64,000 nucleotides of DNA from an uncultured virus (IMG/VR IMGVR_UViG_3300027772_001884) (IMGVR_UViG_3300027772_001884); one strand, 5' to 3'; positions 30,249 to 41,398 are shown, counted from the stretch's first letter. Program-made: numbers and translations. The notes: generated by a model from the letters alone, not told the origin.

Positions 30249-30602
30249 ATGGATGACAAACTTAGAGAAGCGTTAGAGTTCAGTAACTATCGCTTAACCT
30301 TAAACAATCAAAAACTAAACCTTAAACAGCGAATGAATACCATGTTAACCATTGGTTATTCAAATTCAATGTTTACAACCACACTGGAACTAATCAATTT
30401 TGTTCAGCACTTATTAGACAAAAAAGTTGAACAATTTGTTTTTATAGATGACAATGAAAACCCAGTACTAATAAAAAATTTACAAGACTTTCATGTCAAG
30501 TTGTTCAGTGCATACACAGAAGCACTGAATGAATATTACAACGACTACGAAAAACTAAAAAAGAAAAGAGACACTAAAGGATTGGTAGGATTAGATGTCT
30601 AA
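30249..30602 (+). CDS. Hypothetical phage protein
   Basis: 117 aa, MDDKLREALEFSNYRLTL...IDDNENPV. Confidence 0.75.
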   Translation: MDDKLREALEFSNYRLTLNNQKLNLKQRMNTMLTIGYSNSMFTTTLELINFVQHLLDKKVEQFVFIDDNENPVLIKNLQDFHVKLFSAYTEALNEYYNDYEKLKKKRDTKGLVGLDV

Positions 30603-31491
30603 ATTTGATAAAGGTGTTTTGCTGATTGCGTATAACAACGGCAAAATAGCCTATGAAAAATTAGCAATAATAGCGGCAGCAAATGTAAAACTGCACATGA
30701 AAAATAATCATGTCACTTTGCTCACAGATTTAAACACTCTTAATGCTTTAACTGCGGAACTCACTCCCGAGCAATTATCTTATACATTTGATCATATCAT
30801 TGTAGAAGATATTCAGCACGAACGTAATACAAGGATGCACAGGGATAGTCCTTGGACAGAATTTAGCACACAGTTCAATAATAAAAATAAACACAGCATT
30901 TTTCAAAAAAGCCCTTACCGACAAACATTGATGATAGACGTTGACTACATTGTGGGCAATGACAGTTTAGATGCAGTGTTTGACACTGACTACGAACTGG
31001 CAATGTATAAAGACGCTGTCAGCGTGAGAAATTACAAGCCCAGAATCTGGGAACAAAAACTGCATCCAGATGGCATAGACATGTGGTGGAGCACCGTTGT
31101 GTATTGGAGAAATGACAGCGAAGTCGCTCGCTTGTTCTTTGGTGTTTGGGAACATGTTAAAGAGAACTATCATTATTACAAGTGGTTATACAAGTTTCCC
31201 GGAGTGTTATTTAGAACCGACTATGCTGCCAGCATTGCCGCACATATTTTAAATGGCCAAACAGCGGGAAATACGGTGGCAGTGCTGCCAGGAAAAGTAA
31301 TGCGTTTCAGTGAGCAAATTGATGATATTGTAGAATTTAAATCTCTCAATGACTACGTGTTATTATGTCCAGATCCTAAAGAGTTATGGAAAAATATTTG
31401 CAGTAGAATAATAAATGAAAACATACACTTGATGAATAAAATGGCAATTTTAAGACACTACACTAAACTCAAGGAATTAATCTATGAGTGA
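30595..31491 (+). CDS. GT-A fold glycosyltransferase-like protein
   Basis: KGVLLIAYN, SPYRQTLMIDVDY (DxD), FRTDYAASIA. Confidence 0.7.
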   Translation: MSKFDKGVLLIAYNNGKIAYEKLAIIAAANVKLHMKNNHVTLLTDLNTLNALTAELTPEQLSYTFDHIIVEDIQHERNTRMHRDSPWTEFSTQFNNKNKHSIFQKSPYRQTLMIDVDYIVGNDSLDAVFDTDYELAMYKDAVSVRNYKPRIWEQKLHPDGIDMWWSTVVYWRNDSEVARLFFGVWEHVKENYHYYKWLYKFPGVLFRTDYAASIAAHILNGQTAGNTVAVLPGKVMRFSEQIDDIVEFKSLNDYVLLCPDPKELWKNICSRIINENIHLMNKMAILRHYTKLKELIYE

Positions 31492-32302
31492 AGGTTATTT
31501 AATAGTTAATGGAACTGTTGAAAACTCTATAGAAATAAATCTATTAATAACAAGCATTAAAAAAATAGATTCTAATAGACCGGTCAGTGTCATTGTTAAT
31601 AGCACAGATGCAAAATTTATAGAAGCGGACAGTGTCATTTTTTTAGATGAAACGAATCCAACATTATGCTATTTCAAATCAATGTTAATGAGTCCGTATA
31701 CCAAGACTATCGGCTTACTGCCCGATCAATTGTTGACTTATTTTGATCTAGGAATATGGGAAAATCTGCGAAGTTTAGATCCCATTGTTCTTCCAAAACA
31801 TCGCTATTTGTTTAATAATGAAATTGTAAATCCAGTGATGTACAGTACTGCCAGCATTGAATTTAAAAATTTTGGAGTCAGCAGTATTCCAAATGCAATA
31901 TTTTTTAACAAAGACAAGGGCTGTGATTACATTCTAGGACTGGCCAGTGTGTTATGTTCCAGTTATGATCAAGACAATTATATAAATTTCTTTGCAGATA
32001 AAGAACATGAAATGCCACCGTTTCCCAAATACATATGGCCCAGTTGGGTGCTATCCTTATTACAGTCTATAACTGAAAAGAAAATATCAACCTTTGATTT
32101 TATGCATTGCGTAGATCTGTCAAAACAAGAAAATAATTATATTAATAACAATTGGACCAAGCGTTGGAGTGAATTTTTAACTTACTGGGTCAATGATGAA
32201 GGTACTCTTAAAATTGAAAATTTTGTACAACATGGTTTGGTTAAATATGAATCCAAGGGCTGGCTCACTGATGAAATATTAGAAAATTTTAAAAATAAAT
32301 GA
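31484..32302 (+). CDS. Degenerate GT-A-like paralog
   Basis: EGYLIV...SPYTKTIGLLPDQ aligns by eye with the previous gene but lacks the first Asp of DxD. Confidence 0.5.
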   Translation: MSEGYLIVNGTVENSIEINLLITSIKKIDSNRPVSVIVNSTDAKFIEADSVIFLDETNPTLCYFKSMLMSPYTKTIGLLPDQLLTYFDLGIWENLRSLDPIVLPKHRYLFNNEIVNPVMYSTASIEFKNFGVSSIPNAIFFNKDKGCDYILGLASVLCSSYDQDNYINFFADKEHEMPPFPKYIWPSWVLSLLQSITEKKISTFDFMHCVDLSKQENNYINNNWTKRWSEFLTYWVNDEGTLKIENFVQHGLVKYESKGWLTDEILENFKNK

Positions 32303-33288
32303 GCAACTTTGTAAGTGATGACGATCAAGTTGAAGAATTTGACATACAAAAAAGAGTTCTTAAAAGTAGAAATACAAATAACGAACAAAAGGTGTATGTC
32401 GAATATAATAGACTTACAGGTTTGCCTGTTGTTGCATCACCCATGGAAATTGTTCCATCAGAGAAAAGAAATTCTATAGCGGTTATAACTGCTTCTACAT
32501 TAACAAAAAAATTATTCGAAAACAAATTATCACTGTCTAAACTCATAGTTAAAAAAAATCAAACAACCAATGAATTTGAATTAATACATAACAAGCAACG
32601 CAGAAAAGGGGAATTTGACTTTATTTTCGCCACAAATTCAGAACGGTCCTTTATACACTTACACTGTGATGTAGTAACTAAAAAAATACAGCTAATTTTT
32701 GACTATAATATTTTTAAATTGAATATGTTATTGGAAAAAATCTCAGAAAAACACTTGGAAGAATTGCCCGATTACATAGAAATATATTGTATTGATAAAA
32801 ATGAAAGATCCAAGCTGTTTGGAAAATTCACTGTGTCTACTAGAGAATTATTTGAAAAACATGATATTAGTTTTAAGTGTAGATGGTTGCCAGATGACGT
32901 GTTGGGATTGAAAAACATCGGATTTTTATATTACAACGACAACCAAATTATATCATATGACCACCAATCAAACGAAAACTTAGTTGCAGAAAATAATTTA
33001 GATTATCTTCCAAATTTGCTTTACAAACAGACGGGTAATGTGTTAAAATTACAAAGTACAATACAAGACATTAACACATTTAGATTAAATGAAGACATAG
33101 AATTATACATTTGTGAAAAACATGACCCAACAATGATGTTGGGTTCTATCAAGTTAAGTAGTAACCAACTTAACAACTATAATAATTTTGAGATAAAATT
33201 AACAAGTGAAAAAGAAGTTAAATTAGTATGTAACTATTTTCATTTACATGCAAAGGAAGAAGATGCTAGCACCGATTACCAGTTTTGA
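32299..33288 (+). CDS. Hypothetical protein
   Basis: 329-aa ORF coupled to neighbours; no motif recognised. Confidence 0.7.
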   Translation: MSNFVSDDDQVEEFDIQKRVLKSRNTNNEQKVYVEYNRLTGLPVVASPMEIVPSEKRNSIAVITASTLTKKLFENKLSLSKLIVKKNQTTNEFELIHNKQRRKGEFDFIFATNSERSFIHLHCDVVTKKIQLIFDYNIFKLNMLLEKISEKHLEELPDYIEIYCIDKNERSKLFGKFTVSTRELFEKHDISFKCRWLPDDVLGLKNIGFLYYNDNQIISYDHQSNENLVAENNLDYLPNLLYKQTGNVLKLQSTIQDINTFRLNEDIELYICEKHDPTMMLGSIKLSSNQLNNYNNFEIKLTSEKEVKLVCNYFHLHAKEEDASTDYQF

Positions 33289-34234
33289 TATTATATTTTT
33301 AAGCTACGACGAACCCAACGCTGATAAGAACTATTCTGATCTATGTAACAAAGCTCCTTGGGCCAAGCGTGTGCATGGAGTAAAAGGATTTGACGCCGCG
33401 CACAAAGCCGCGGCAGCAGCCGCTGAAACAGATAGATTTATCACTGTGGATGCAGATAACATTGTACGTGATGACTTTTTAAGCATTGAATTAGATATGT
33501 CGAAAATTAGTCGTCACGACGTTATATCATGGGCAGGTAAGAATGTTGTCAATGGACTAGTTTATGGCAATGGCGGTATTAAACTTTGGCCCAAACATGT
33601 GGTAGAACAAATGCGTACACATGAAGCCGCAGAAGATCCCAAAGCACAAGTTGACTTTTGCTGGGACATTTACTATCATCAAATGAATAACATCTACAGT
33701 GACGTTTTTAATAATGCCAGTGCTTACCAAGCATATCGTGCGGGCTTTCGAGAAGGTGTTAAACTATCATTAGAAGGCGGAGTAACTGTGGATCCCCGAC
33801 AACTCAAACAACGAGTACACGATAGAAACTATAAACGTTTGCTGGTATGGGCCAGTGTGGGTGCTGATGTATACAATGGACTATGGGCCATGTACGGAAC
33901 TAGATTGGGTTGCTATATGTCTAATATTGCCAGAGACGGCTTTGATTTCACATTGGTACGTGATTTTGAATGGCATGATGACTTTTGGAAAAATGCTGTT
34001 CAGCCGCAGTTTGCCGGCGAGTCTGAAAAATGTTTAGCCAGCGGATGGACATACGACAAGAAAAAACTACAAGACGAAATATTCAAACTAGGAGAATCAT
34101 TGAGAACAAACCTAGGATTAGAGATTGCAGAACTCGACTATAACGGAAGTAAAATGTTCAAGGAAAGTTGGATTAACCCACCCAGACTCGGTGCCCAAGT
34201 CAAAGAAAATCAAGTAGATAACTCGATAAATTAA
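33263..34234 (+). CDS. Glycosyltransferase-like protein, paralog family A (copy 1)
   Basis: FLSYDEPNAD, RVHGVKGFDAAHK, VDAD (DxD), NGLVYGNGGIKLW, AGFREGVK. Confidence 0.65.
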   Translation: MLAPITSFDIIFLSYDEPNADKNYSDLCNKAPWAKRVHGVKGFDAAHKAAAAAAETDRFITVDADNIVRDDFLSIELDMSKISRHDVISWAGKNVVNGLVYGNGGIKLWPKHVVEQMRTHEAAEDPKAQVDFCWDIYYHQMNNIYSDVFNNASAYQAYRAGFREGVKLSLEGGVTVDPRQLKQRVHDRNYKRLLVWASVGADVYNGLWAMYGTRLGCYMSNIARDGFDFTLVRDFEWHDDFWKNAVQPQFAGESEKCLASGWTYDKKKLQDEIFKLGESLRTNLGLEIAELDYNGSKMFKESWINPPRLGAQVKENQVDNSIN

Positions 34235-34235
34235 T

Positions 34236-35636
34236 ATGGAACACAATAAAGATATCATTGCATTTCAAAAAAAGATTAACGATGTTAGTCCTAGTTTTTG
34301 TATTGCCAAGTGGAAACAGGTAACTCTGCATTTGCAAACAGGTCACAACCACAGTTGTCACCATCCCACTACGCACAAAATTCCTTTAGACGAACTAGCC
34401 GCCAATCCCAGTGCATTGCATAATACACAGTTTAAAAAAGAACAGCGTAAGTTAATGTTGGAAGGTGCCCGCCCTAAAGAATGTGACTATTGCTGGAAAG
34501 TAGAAGACAGCGCACCGGATGCACTCAGCGATAGAATCTATAAGAGCTATGACGTATGGGCAAAGCCTCACTTTGACGAAGTTCGCAATTTGCCATGGGA
34601 TAGTAACGTTGTTCCTAGTTATCTAGAAGTAAGTTTCAGTAACGTCTGCAATTTTAAATGTAGCTATTGTAGTCCACAGGTCAGTAGTTTGTGGATGGAA
34701 GAAGTTAAACAACATGGCCCATATCCAACACACGGCCTCTTCAATGATATTGCTGGCCTTAAACAAATTGATCAAATGCCTATTCCGCACAATCAATACA
34801 ATCCTTATGTGGAAGCATTCTGGAAATGGTGGCCCACTGTTTATAAAGAACTTCAACACTTCAGGATAACTGGCGGTGAACCGTTATTGTGCAAAGATAC
34901 GTTTAAAGTTCTTGACTATGTAATTGAAAACCCTAACCCGGATATACATTTAAGCATTAACAGTAACTTATGTGTGCCACCGCAGTTATTTGACAAGTTC
35001 CTTGAAAAAGTTAAAATTATCTGCGAAGAAAAGAAAGTTAAAAAGTTTAAAATCTTTACAAGCTGTGATGCTCACGGAGCCGCCGCAGAATATATTCGCG
35101 ATGGTATGAATTATGAACTTTGGTTAAGTAACATCCGCAGGGTATTAAAAGAAATCCCCGAGTGTACTATTACTATCATGAGTACCTACAATGTTCTTAG
35201 TGTACCTACATATACGCTGTTCTTACAAGATGTGCTGGACATTAAAAACGAGTTCGGAGGACATGATGCAGTTCATGCTCCGTTGATTTTAGATGCACCG
35301 TTTCTAAGACATCCTGCACATCAAAGTATCTTTCATGTCATGCCCTCGGCCTGGGCCAAGGAATACATTTTTGATCAAGTAACAATGATGTATCGTAATT
35401 TAGAAAACGGTGAATGGTATGGTAGTGCCAATCAGGGATTTTTCAAATGGGAAGCTGAAAAATTTAAACGTATATACGAATTAACAATGAATCAAACAGA
35501 TCCAGAAGAAGTTACAGTATATCAAAAGGACTTGGTTGCGTTTGTCGACGAACATGACAAGCGAAGAGGAACAAATTTTTTGGCTACATTTCCTGAGTTT
35601 GAACCTTACTATACTAAATGGAAAAATGCCAAATGA
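34236..35636 (+). CDS. Radical SAM protein with N-terminal twitch/SPASM-like domain
   Basis: FCIAKW...SCHH...CDYCW then CNFKCSYC and TGGEP. Confidence 0.9.
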   Translation: MEHNKDIIAFQKKINDVSPSFCIAKWKQVTLHLQTGHNHSCHHPTTHKIPLDELAANPSALHNTQFKKEQRKLMLEGARPKECDYCWKVEDSAPDALSDRIYKSYDVWAKPHFDEVRNLPWDSNVVPSYLEVSFSNVCNFKCSYCSPQVSSLWMEEVKQHGPYPTHGLFNDIAGLKQIDQMPIPHNQYNPYVEAFWKWWPTVYKELQHFRITGGEPLLCKDTFKVLDYVIENPNPDIHLSINSNLCVPPQLFDKFLEKVKIICEEKKVKKFKIFTSCDAHGAAAEYIRDGMNYELWLSNIRRVLKEIPECTITIMSTYNVLSVPTYTLFLQDVLDIKNEFGGHDAVHAPLILDAPFLRHPAHQSIFHVMPSAWAKEYIFDQVTMMYRNLENGEWYGSANQGFFKWEAEKFKRIYELTMNQTDPEEVTVYQKDLVAFVDEHDKRRGTNFLATFPEFEPYYTKWKNAK

Positions 35637-36481
35637 AAGTGGCTATTTGCATCAGTGGACAACCTCGAACATGGGAAAAGTGTTATCATACGTGGTTTAA
35701 ACTAATTGATAAAATCAAACAATCATATGAAGTCGATGACATAGATATATTTTGTCATGTATGGGATTATAATTCTCCGCCTCATCGTTTGTTAATGCAC
35801 GAAGGCTGGGATTATAATACTGTGCCCGGTGACAAAATATCTGATGATGAAAAGAAAAGATTCGTAGATACAATAAAACCCAAAGCGTGTATATTCGAAG
35901 ATGAAATTTCTAACAAAAATAAAATCAAAGACGTGCGCGAACAAAATGCTGTACATCTCAATGAACACGGAGAAACTAAATTAGATTGGGCCGCTGGTCA
36001 ATTCTATAGCGTAATGAGAGCCGCTCACTTAAAGAAAATTCACGAGTTCGAAAATGATTTTCATTATGATTTATGCATCAAGATAAGATACGACATGTTT
36101 TTTGATGATTATCAAATTGATCATTTTGTAAGATATGATCTAGTGTATCCAGAAGTTAATACTTTTTATACTTGTCATACTAGAAAAGATCCTGAACAGT
36201 TTCCTTTTCATAGATTGGGCGACGTATTTTGGTTTGCTGATACTATTACATTTAATCGTATCTGTGAATTTTATAGATGGTTGCCTGTTATAGGAAAGAA
36301 AAGTTTTAACAGTAATAATCTAGTGGGACCAGAACACGCATTGTATTTTTATGCAAAGATGTTAAACATAGAAATATCCCCATTATCAGTTGATCCTAAA
36401 ATATTCAGGAGTCAGGACTACTTAGATAGAAAAATAAAATCAGGATTAGAAGGAGAATTAGGTGGACATGAGCTTATTTAA
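35633..36481 (+). CDS. Putative glycosyltransferase-like protein, paralog family B (copy 1)
   Basis: KVAICISGQPR, FCHVW, YDLCIKIRYD, GPEH. Confidence 0.55.
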   Translation: MKVAICISGQPRTWEKCYHTWFKLIDKIKQSYEVDDIDIFCHVWDYNSPPHRLLMHEGWDYNTVPGDKISDDEKKRFVDTIKPKACIFEDEISNKNKIKDVREQNAVHLNEHGETKLDWAAGQFYSVMRAAHLKKIHEFENDFHYDLCIKIRYDMFFDDYQIDHFVRYDLVYPEVNTFYTCHTRKDPEQFPFHRLGDVFWFADTITFNRICEFYRWLPVIGKKSFNSNNLVGPEHALYFYAKMLNIEISPLSVDPKIFRSQDYLDRKIKSGLEGELGGHELI

Positions 36482-37379
36482 TGTTGAAATAGACTCACTT
36501 ACTGGCAATTTGCTGGGTGCGCCTATTCAGGTTGAAATACCAGAGCCGCTGTCTGCGGTACCTAAAAGAAAATTTAGAATTGCAGTTTGCTTCAGTGGCC
36601 AAGCACGTTATTGGCAGGAAAGTGTTGCCAACATTAAACGTTTCTTTGAACACGAATATCCGCATCCAGAAAATGGTTTGGAGGTAGAAACTGATTATTT
36701 TATTCATACATGGGATACCAATACATGGCGCCTGCCCAAAACTGATATCACTGTTTATACTGATGTGATTCACAATGATCGAGATGCCATTATAGAAACA
36801 TATAAGCCCAAGGGTTTTATACAACAAGAATTTGATAAAGAAAAATTCAAACGTGCATGGGATCCAATGTTCTATAGCTTTGCAAGAAGTTTAATGCTTA
36901 AAAGAGACTATGAATTGAAACAAAGTTTTCAATATGACTTAGTTATTAAGGCAAGATTGGATGTCATTTACAACCCTAGTCATCGATTTCCTTTACAACG
37001 AGTTTGGCCAGGCGTTTGTTATACAGCTACACCCGTAAGCAAATTTGCCTCAGAATTTAATTCTAATAATTTTGATGATGTGTTATTTTATGGTGATAGT
37101 CCTACCATGGATTTAATAGGAGATCTATATTCTTTTCATAAAATCTCCCGCCCCATGGAATATCAATTTAAGAATCAATGTGGTTTAAACTTGGATAAAG
37201 TATTATGGCTAGGACCCGGTTGTTTATTATATAATTACATGACAGAATTATCCATACATCCAAACTGCGTAAATCCATTTGAATATGCAGTGATGCGAAG
37301 CACCGCAGTGGAAGCAAAATTGAATTCAATTTATAACTATGAAGAAATTAGGAGAAAATGGTTTGAGTGGTACATCTAA
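36468..37379 (+). CDS. Putative glycosyltransferase-like protein, paralog family B (copy 2)
   Basis: IAVCFSGQAR, FIHTWD, YDLVIKARLD, DDVLFYG. Confidence 0.55.
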   Translation: MSLFNVEIDSLTGNLLGAPIQVEIPEPLSAVPKRKFRIAVCFSGQARYWQESVANIKRFFEHEYPHPENGLEVETDYFIHTWDTNTWRLPKTDITVYTDVIHNDRDAIIETYKPKGFIQQEFDKEKFKRAWDPMFYSFARSLMLKRDYELKQSFQYDLVIKARLDVIYNPSHRFPLQRVWPGVCYTATPVSKFASEFNSNNFDDVLFYGDSPTMDLIGDLYSFHKISRPMEYQFKNQCGLNLDKVLWLGPGCLLYNYMTELSIHPNCVNPFEYAVMRSTAVEAKLNSIYNYEEIRRKWFEWYI

Positions 37380-38301
37380 AAGAATGATTGATAAATTTGA
37401 AAGTACAGTTGCACCATCAGAAGTAATATGTGATGGTGACAGCTGGGTGTTTGGCTGTGAAATTGCAGATCCGGAAATTGCCAAAAAATATAATTCTACA
37501 ACTCATCCTGGTGCATATGATTTTTTACCAGAAAATGATCCGTATCGTATTCCTAAAATTTTTCCAACGCATCTATCAAATTTACTAAACGTACCAGTGA
37601 CTAATCTTAGCTGGCCAGCAGATGACAATGGAACTATTTTACGCAGAACTATAAATTACATCTCTCAAAAGTATCTAGCAAATAATATTTCCACTGATAA
37701 TTTATTTGTTATAATTGGCTGGAGTAGTCCAGAACGAAATAGTTTTTGGTATATAGACGACAATATAAAACTAAGTCATCCATTTAGACTTTGGCCGCAG
37801 GTTCCACATTTTGAGTCTAAGGAACAAGAAAAATTTTGGGAATTGTATGTAGCATACTTATGGAATGCCCAAGAGTATATTCCTCGATATGTATTAAATG
37901 TTTTACAATTACAAAATTTTTGTACGGCCCATAATATTAAGTGGATGTGTTTTAACAGCTTTTATCAAACCCCAAATGAGTCTCCGGGACAATGGAATGA
38001 TTTAAATATCATTGACGAAATAGAAAAAATTAAAGGAAGAATAGGCGGACACGAATATCAAATATCCACTAATCCGTTAAAACGTATTAAACATATCAAT
38101 GATTATTCTGCACTATGGGCAAGCATAGATCCTGTTAGATTCTATAAAAAAGATAAACCTAATAATACATTTAAGAGTTATATAGAGACTCCAAAAAATA
38201 AAGTAATTCCGCCTTTAGTTGGTTGGCATCCAAGCCCCCGTGGTCACAAAGCCTGGGCCAGAGAATTATTTAGATATATCAAGCAACATAATTTATATTA
38301 A
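37339..38301 (+). CDS. SGNH/GDSL-like protein (copy 1); start uncertain
   Basis: GDSWVFG, IIGWSSPER, C-terminal HPSPRGH. Confidence 0.65.
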   Translation: MKKLGENGLSGTSKRMIDKFESTVAPSEVICDGDSWVFGCEIADPEIAKKYNSTTHPGAYDFLPENDPYRIPKIFPTHLSNLLNVPVTNLSWPADDNGTILRRTINYISQKYLANNISTDNLFVIIGWSSPERNSFWYIDDNIKLSHPFRLWPQVPHFESKEQEKFWELYVAYLWNAQEYIPRYVLNVLQLQNFCTAHNIKWMCFNSFYQTPNESPGQWNDLNIIDEIEKIKGRIGGHEYQISTNPLKRIKHINDYSALWASIDPVRFYKKDKPNNTFKSYIETPKNKVIPPLVGWHPSPRGHKAWARELFRYIKQHNLY

Positions 38302-38305
38302 TAAT

Positions 38306-39112
38306 ATGAATAGTAAATTAATAATCTGTGGCGATAGTTTTAACATAGGCATAGGCTGTATAGATCTACATACAGAACCATATGGTACATTGTTATCAAA
38401 CACACTGAATAGAAAATTAGTAAATCTAGCCAAAGGGTCTAGTACAAATTTAAGCATTTACTTACAAGCTGAATATGCAGTCAATAACGTTGCTGGTCCC
38501 GATGATATTGTAATTGTAAGTCATACCAGCTATGACAGAGTAGATTGGTTTCCATGGGATGATGACATCAAAGGACAGATAACAAACACGGATGTCAACT
38601 ACCATCAATATCCTCCCTATGGAGATTGTACATATCATCAGCTATTAGAAAATCATCCCATGTCCGATGATAATAGCTATAAAGGAAGAATGTTTACAGA
38701 AAACTTCATGGGCGTAATCGACTTTTGGGAAACATTTAGAAAACATGATAAAGAAAGCGGTTACTATGCCAGGTTTATCAATGAGCCAAAAGAAAGAATG
38801 AAAACATTGTACGACTTTGCCACTACTATACATGACAGTAGAATAAATCGATTACAAAGTATTGGTGTAATGACCATGGCACATCAATTGTTAAATAAAC
38901 ACAATATTAAACATTTAATTCTTACACATGAACCGAAAGAGTATGCTAAATTCATGGATGAAGAGAATTTAGTTGAATTATCTTGGGGCAAGTTAAGTGT
39001 AGATTATCCCGACGAAATTAAAAGTATGCATTCAAGTCCAGAAGGACATAAACAAGCATATAATATTATATTAAATAAATTAAAAGAAAATGGATGGCAT
39101 GATGGAAATTAA
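38306..39112 (+). CDS. SGNH/GDSL-like protein (copy 2)
   Basis: ICGDSF, NLAKGSSTN, HSSPEGH; start reassigned to 38306. Confidence 0.65.
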   Translation: MNSKLIICGDSFNIGIGCIDLHTEPYGTLLSNTLNRKLVNLAKGSSTNLSIYLQAEYAVNNVAGPDDIVIVSHTSYDRVDWFPWDDDIKGQITNTDVNYHQYPPYGDCTYHQLLENHPMSDDNSYKGRMFTENFMGVIDFWETFRKHDKESGYYARFINEPKERMKTLYDFATTIHDSRINRLQSIGVMTMAHQLLNKHNIKHLILTHEPKEYAKFMDEENLVELSWGKLSVDYPDEIKSMHSSPEGHKQAYNIILNKLKENGWHDGN

Positions 39113-39542
39113 AAAAGTAACTAAACACTGGGGCTACGAGCTTTGGATTGCAGATGGTAGTCAAACTCCTTATGCCAGTAAACGTATTTTATTCAAAGCG
39201 GGTAATAGAACCAGCTTACAAGTACACGAATACAAGATAGAAACTAACTATGTTCTCAGTGGCACAGGTATGTTACATCGCAGTCGAGAACCGCTAGACA
39301 TTGCCAAGTTTTTAGAACAAGGCATGACCAATAAGCAGGCAGAAGCTTATGAATATACTTTTGAACGGATAGAACTTAAACCAGGCGTTGTATTCAATGT
39401 TACACCGGGATATGTTCATAGAGTAATAGCAACAACTGACCTAGAGTTCATGGAAACTAGTACAACAGAATTAGACGATGTTATACGTTTACAAGATGAT
39501 GCTGGAAGAACGCATGGAAGAATTAGCTACGAGCATGACTAA
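39102..39542 (+). CDS. Cupin protein (mannose-6-phosphate isomerase type II C-terminal-like)
   Basis: KHWGYE, SLQVHEYKIET, PGYVHRV, ETSTTELDDVIRLQDD. Confidence 0.8.
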   Translation: MEIKKVTKHWGYELWIADGSQTPYASKRILFKAGNRTSLQVHEYKIETNYVLSGTGMLHRSREPLDIAKFLEQGMTNKQAEAYEYTFERIELKPGVVFNVTPGYVHRVIATTDLEFMETSTTELDDVIRLQDDAGRTHGRISYEHD

Positions 39543-41067
39543 TACTGTTATTATTCCTACTGCTGGCACCGGCAGTAGAATGGGCAACTATACCAAGAAT
39601 CTTAACAAGGCATTGTTGCCTTACAAAGATAAACCAGTGTTGGCACATATTATTGATAGTTTTTCAAAAGACAGTAAATTTATTATTCCCGTTGGACATC
39701 TAAAAGAACAAATTATAGATTTTTGTAGTGTAGCATACAGTGACAGAAACATTGAGTTTTTGCACATCGACGACTGGACCGGCACCAAGTCAGGAACCGG
39801 ATACACACTGCTACAATGTAAAAATTCGATTCACAGCCCATTTTGGTATGTGCCCTGTGACACTTACTTTGATCAAACAGTTGTGGATCTAGTTAGAAAT
39901 AAAGATTGTTATTTTGTTAAGTCAGTGCCTGAACAAGACACGCATCTTTATACAATGTTTGACAAAAATAATAGTTTTCATATACAAGATATCAAGTTTA
40001 AAGAAACTACTCCCGCAACTTGGTCTGCATTTACAGGGCTGATGTATATCAATGACTATACAACATTCTTCGCAGACTTGGAACAAAGTCATAGCAATGA
40101 GTTTATTGGTATTATTAAACTAGGCAGCGATACTGCTAATTTAAATACGTGGTTAGACTTTGGCAGTCCTACTATATATCAAACTGAACTCGGCAAGAGT
40201 CAAAAGTTTGACTTTACTAAGAAGGACGAAGTAACTTACATATGTAACAACCGTGTAGTTAAATGGTGGCTAGATGACAGCATAGCAAAAAAGAAATACG
40301 ATAAAGTATTGGCCAACCCCTATGTATTCCCCGCTAATTGTACACACAGCGGTAATTATATGGCCTACGATTTCTTTCCGGGCAAGACTCTTTATGAGTT
40401 TAATAATCCTGTGGCATTCAATGAATTACTTAATTGGCTGGAAACAAATGTGTGGCAAGACATAGATGCTGATATACACGATGCCAGCATTGAATTCTAT
40501 AAAACAAAATCACTGTCGCGTATTAATAAGTTTTTAGAAAAGTACCCTAATCTAAAGCCGGTGACTAACGTTGACGGTGTAGAAGTCAAAGACTACAGTT
40601 ATTATCTCAACAAAATAGACTGGGAATATTTTGCACAAGTTACACGCCCGGGATTCCTTCATGGCGATTTACAGTTTGACAATATTGTGATTAGTGACAG
40701 CGGAGAGTTTAAGATCATAGACTGGCGACACGAGTTTGCAGGCATTGTTGAATACGGTGATATATACTACGACTTGGCCAAGATGGCCGGCGGATTAATT
40801 ATTAACTACGCTAACATTAAGAATCATAACTTTAATATTGAAATTGACAACGACAGCGTAACGCTGAGCATTCCTAGTGTAGAACATATTACAGTCTATC
40901 AGGAACGTCTAAAGAAATATATATTAAATAATAAGTTAGATTATAAAAAAGTGCAACAATTAATACCAATTATCTTTTGGAACATGAGTCCTTTGCATAC
41001 TGCACCATTTGATATATTCTTATGGTACTTGGGCATTAAACTATTTGAGGAGTTAGACAATGAGTAA
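39535..41067 (+). CDS. Fused nucleotidyltransferase + APH/choline-kinase-like phosphotransferase
   Basis: IPTAGTGSRMG...NKALLP N-terminus; HGDLQFDNI...IIDWR...GDIYYDLAK C-terminus. Confidence 0.85.
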   Translation: MTNTVIIPTAGTGSRMGNYTKNLNKALLPYKDKPVLAHIIDSFSKDSKFIIPVGHLKEQIIDFCSVAYSDRNIEFLHIDDWTGTKSGTGYTLLQCKNSIHSPFWYVPCDTYFDQTVVDLVRNKDCYFVKSVPEQDTHLYTMFDKNNSFHIQDIKFKETTPATWSAFTGLMYINDYTTFFADLEQSHSNEFIGIIKLGSDTANLNTWLDFGSPTIYQTELGKSQKFDFTKKDEVTYICNNRVVKWWLDDSIAKKKYDKVLANPYVFPANCTHSGNYMAYDFFPGKTLYEFNNPVAFNELLNWLETNVWQDIDADIHDASIEFYKTKSLSRINKFLEKYPNLKPVTNVDGVEVKDYSYYLNKIDWEYFAQVTRPGFLHGDLQFDNIVISDSGEFKIIDWRHEFAGIVEYGDIYYDLAKMAGGLIINYANIKNHNFNIEIDNDSVTLSIPSVEHITVYQERLKKYILNNKLDYKKVQQLIPIIFWNMSPLHTAPFDIFLWYLGIKLFEELDNE

Positions 41068-41398
41068 TCCAACACAAAGCCAAATAGCATTAATGTACTT
41101 TCAAAGTTTCTGTAAGAAAGACGTCGCATCACTGGAAGTATTGTTCAGTGACAGTATTGTATTAACGGACTGGGAAGTTCAAGTAGTTGGTAAAGATAAT
41201 ATTTTAAAATTTAGTCAAAACTTCTTTAATTCAGTCAACGATATTAGAATTGATGTTGATAAAATTGCCGTGGGATTAGACACAGTTATAGCAGAAATAA
41301 AAGTTATAATTAACAATGCAATAGTAGCACAAGTAGTTGACGTTATCGAGTTTGATCAAGATAATAAAATAAAACAGATAAGAGCATACAAACGATGA
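41060..41398 (+). CDS. SnoaL/NTF2-like protein
   Basis: YFQSFCKKDVASLEVLFSDSIVLTDW...VVDVIEFD...KIKQIRAY. Confidence 0.75.
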   Translation: MSNPTQSQIALMYFQSFCKKDVASLEVLFSDSIVLTDWEVQVVGKDNILKFSQNFFNSVNDIRIDVDKIAVGLDTVIAEIKVIINNAIVAQVVDVIEFDQDNKIKQIRAYKR

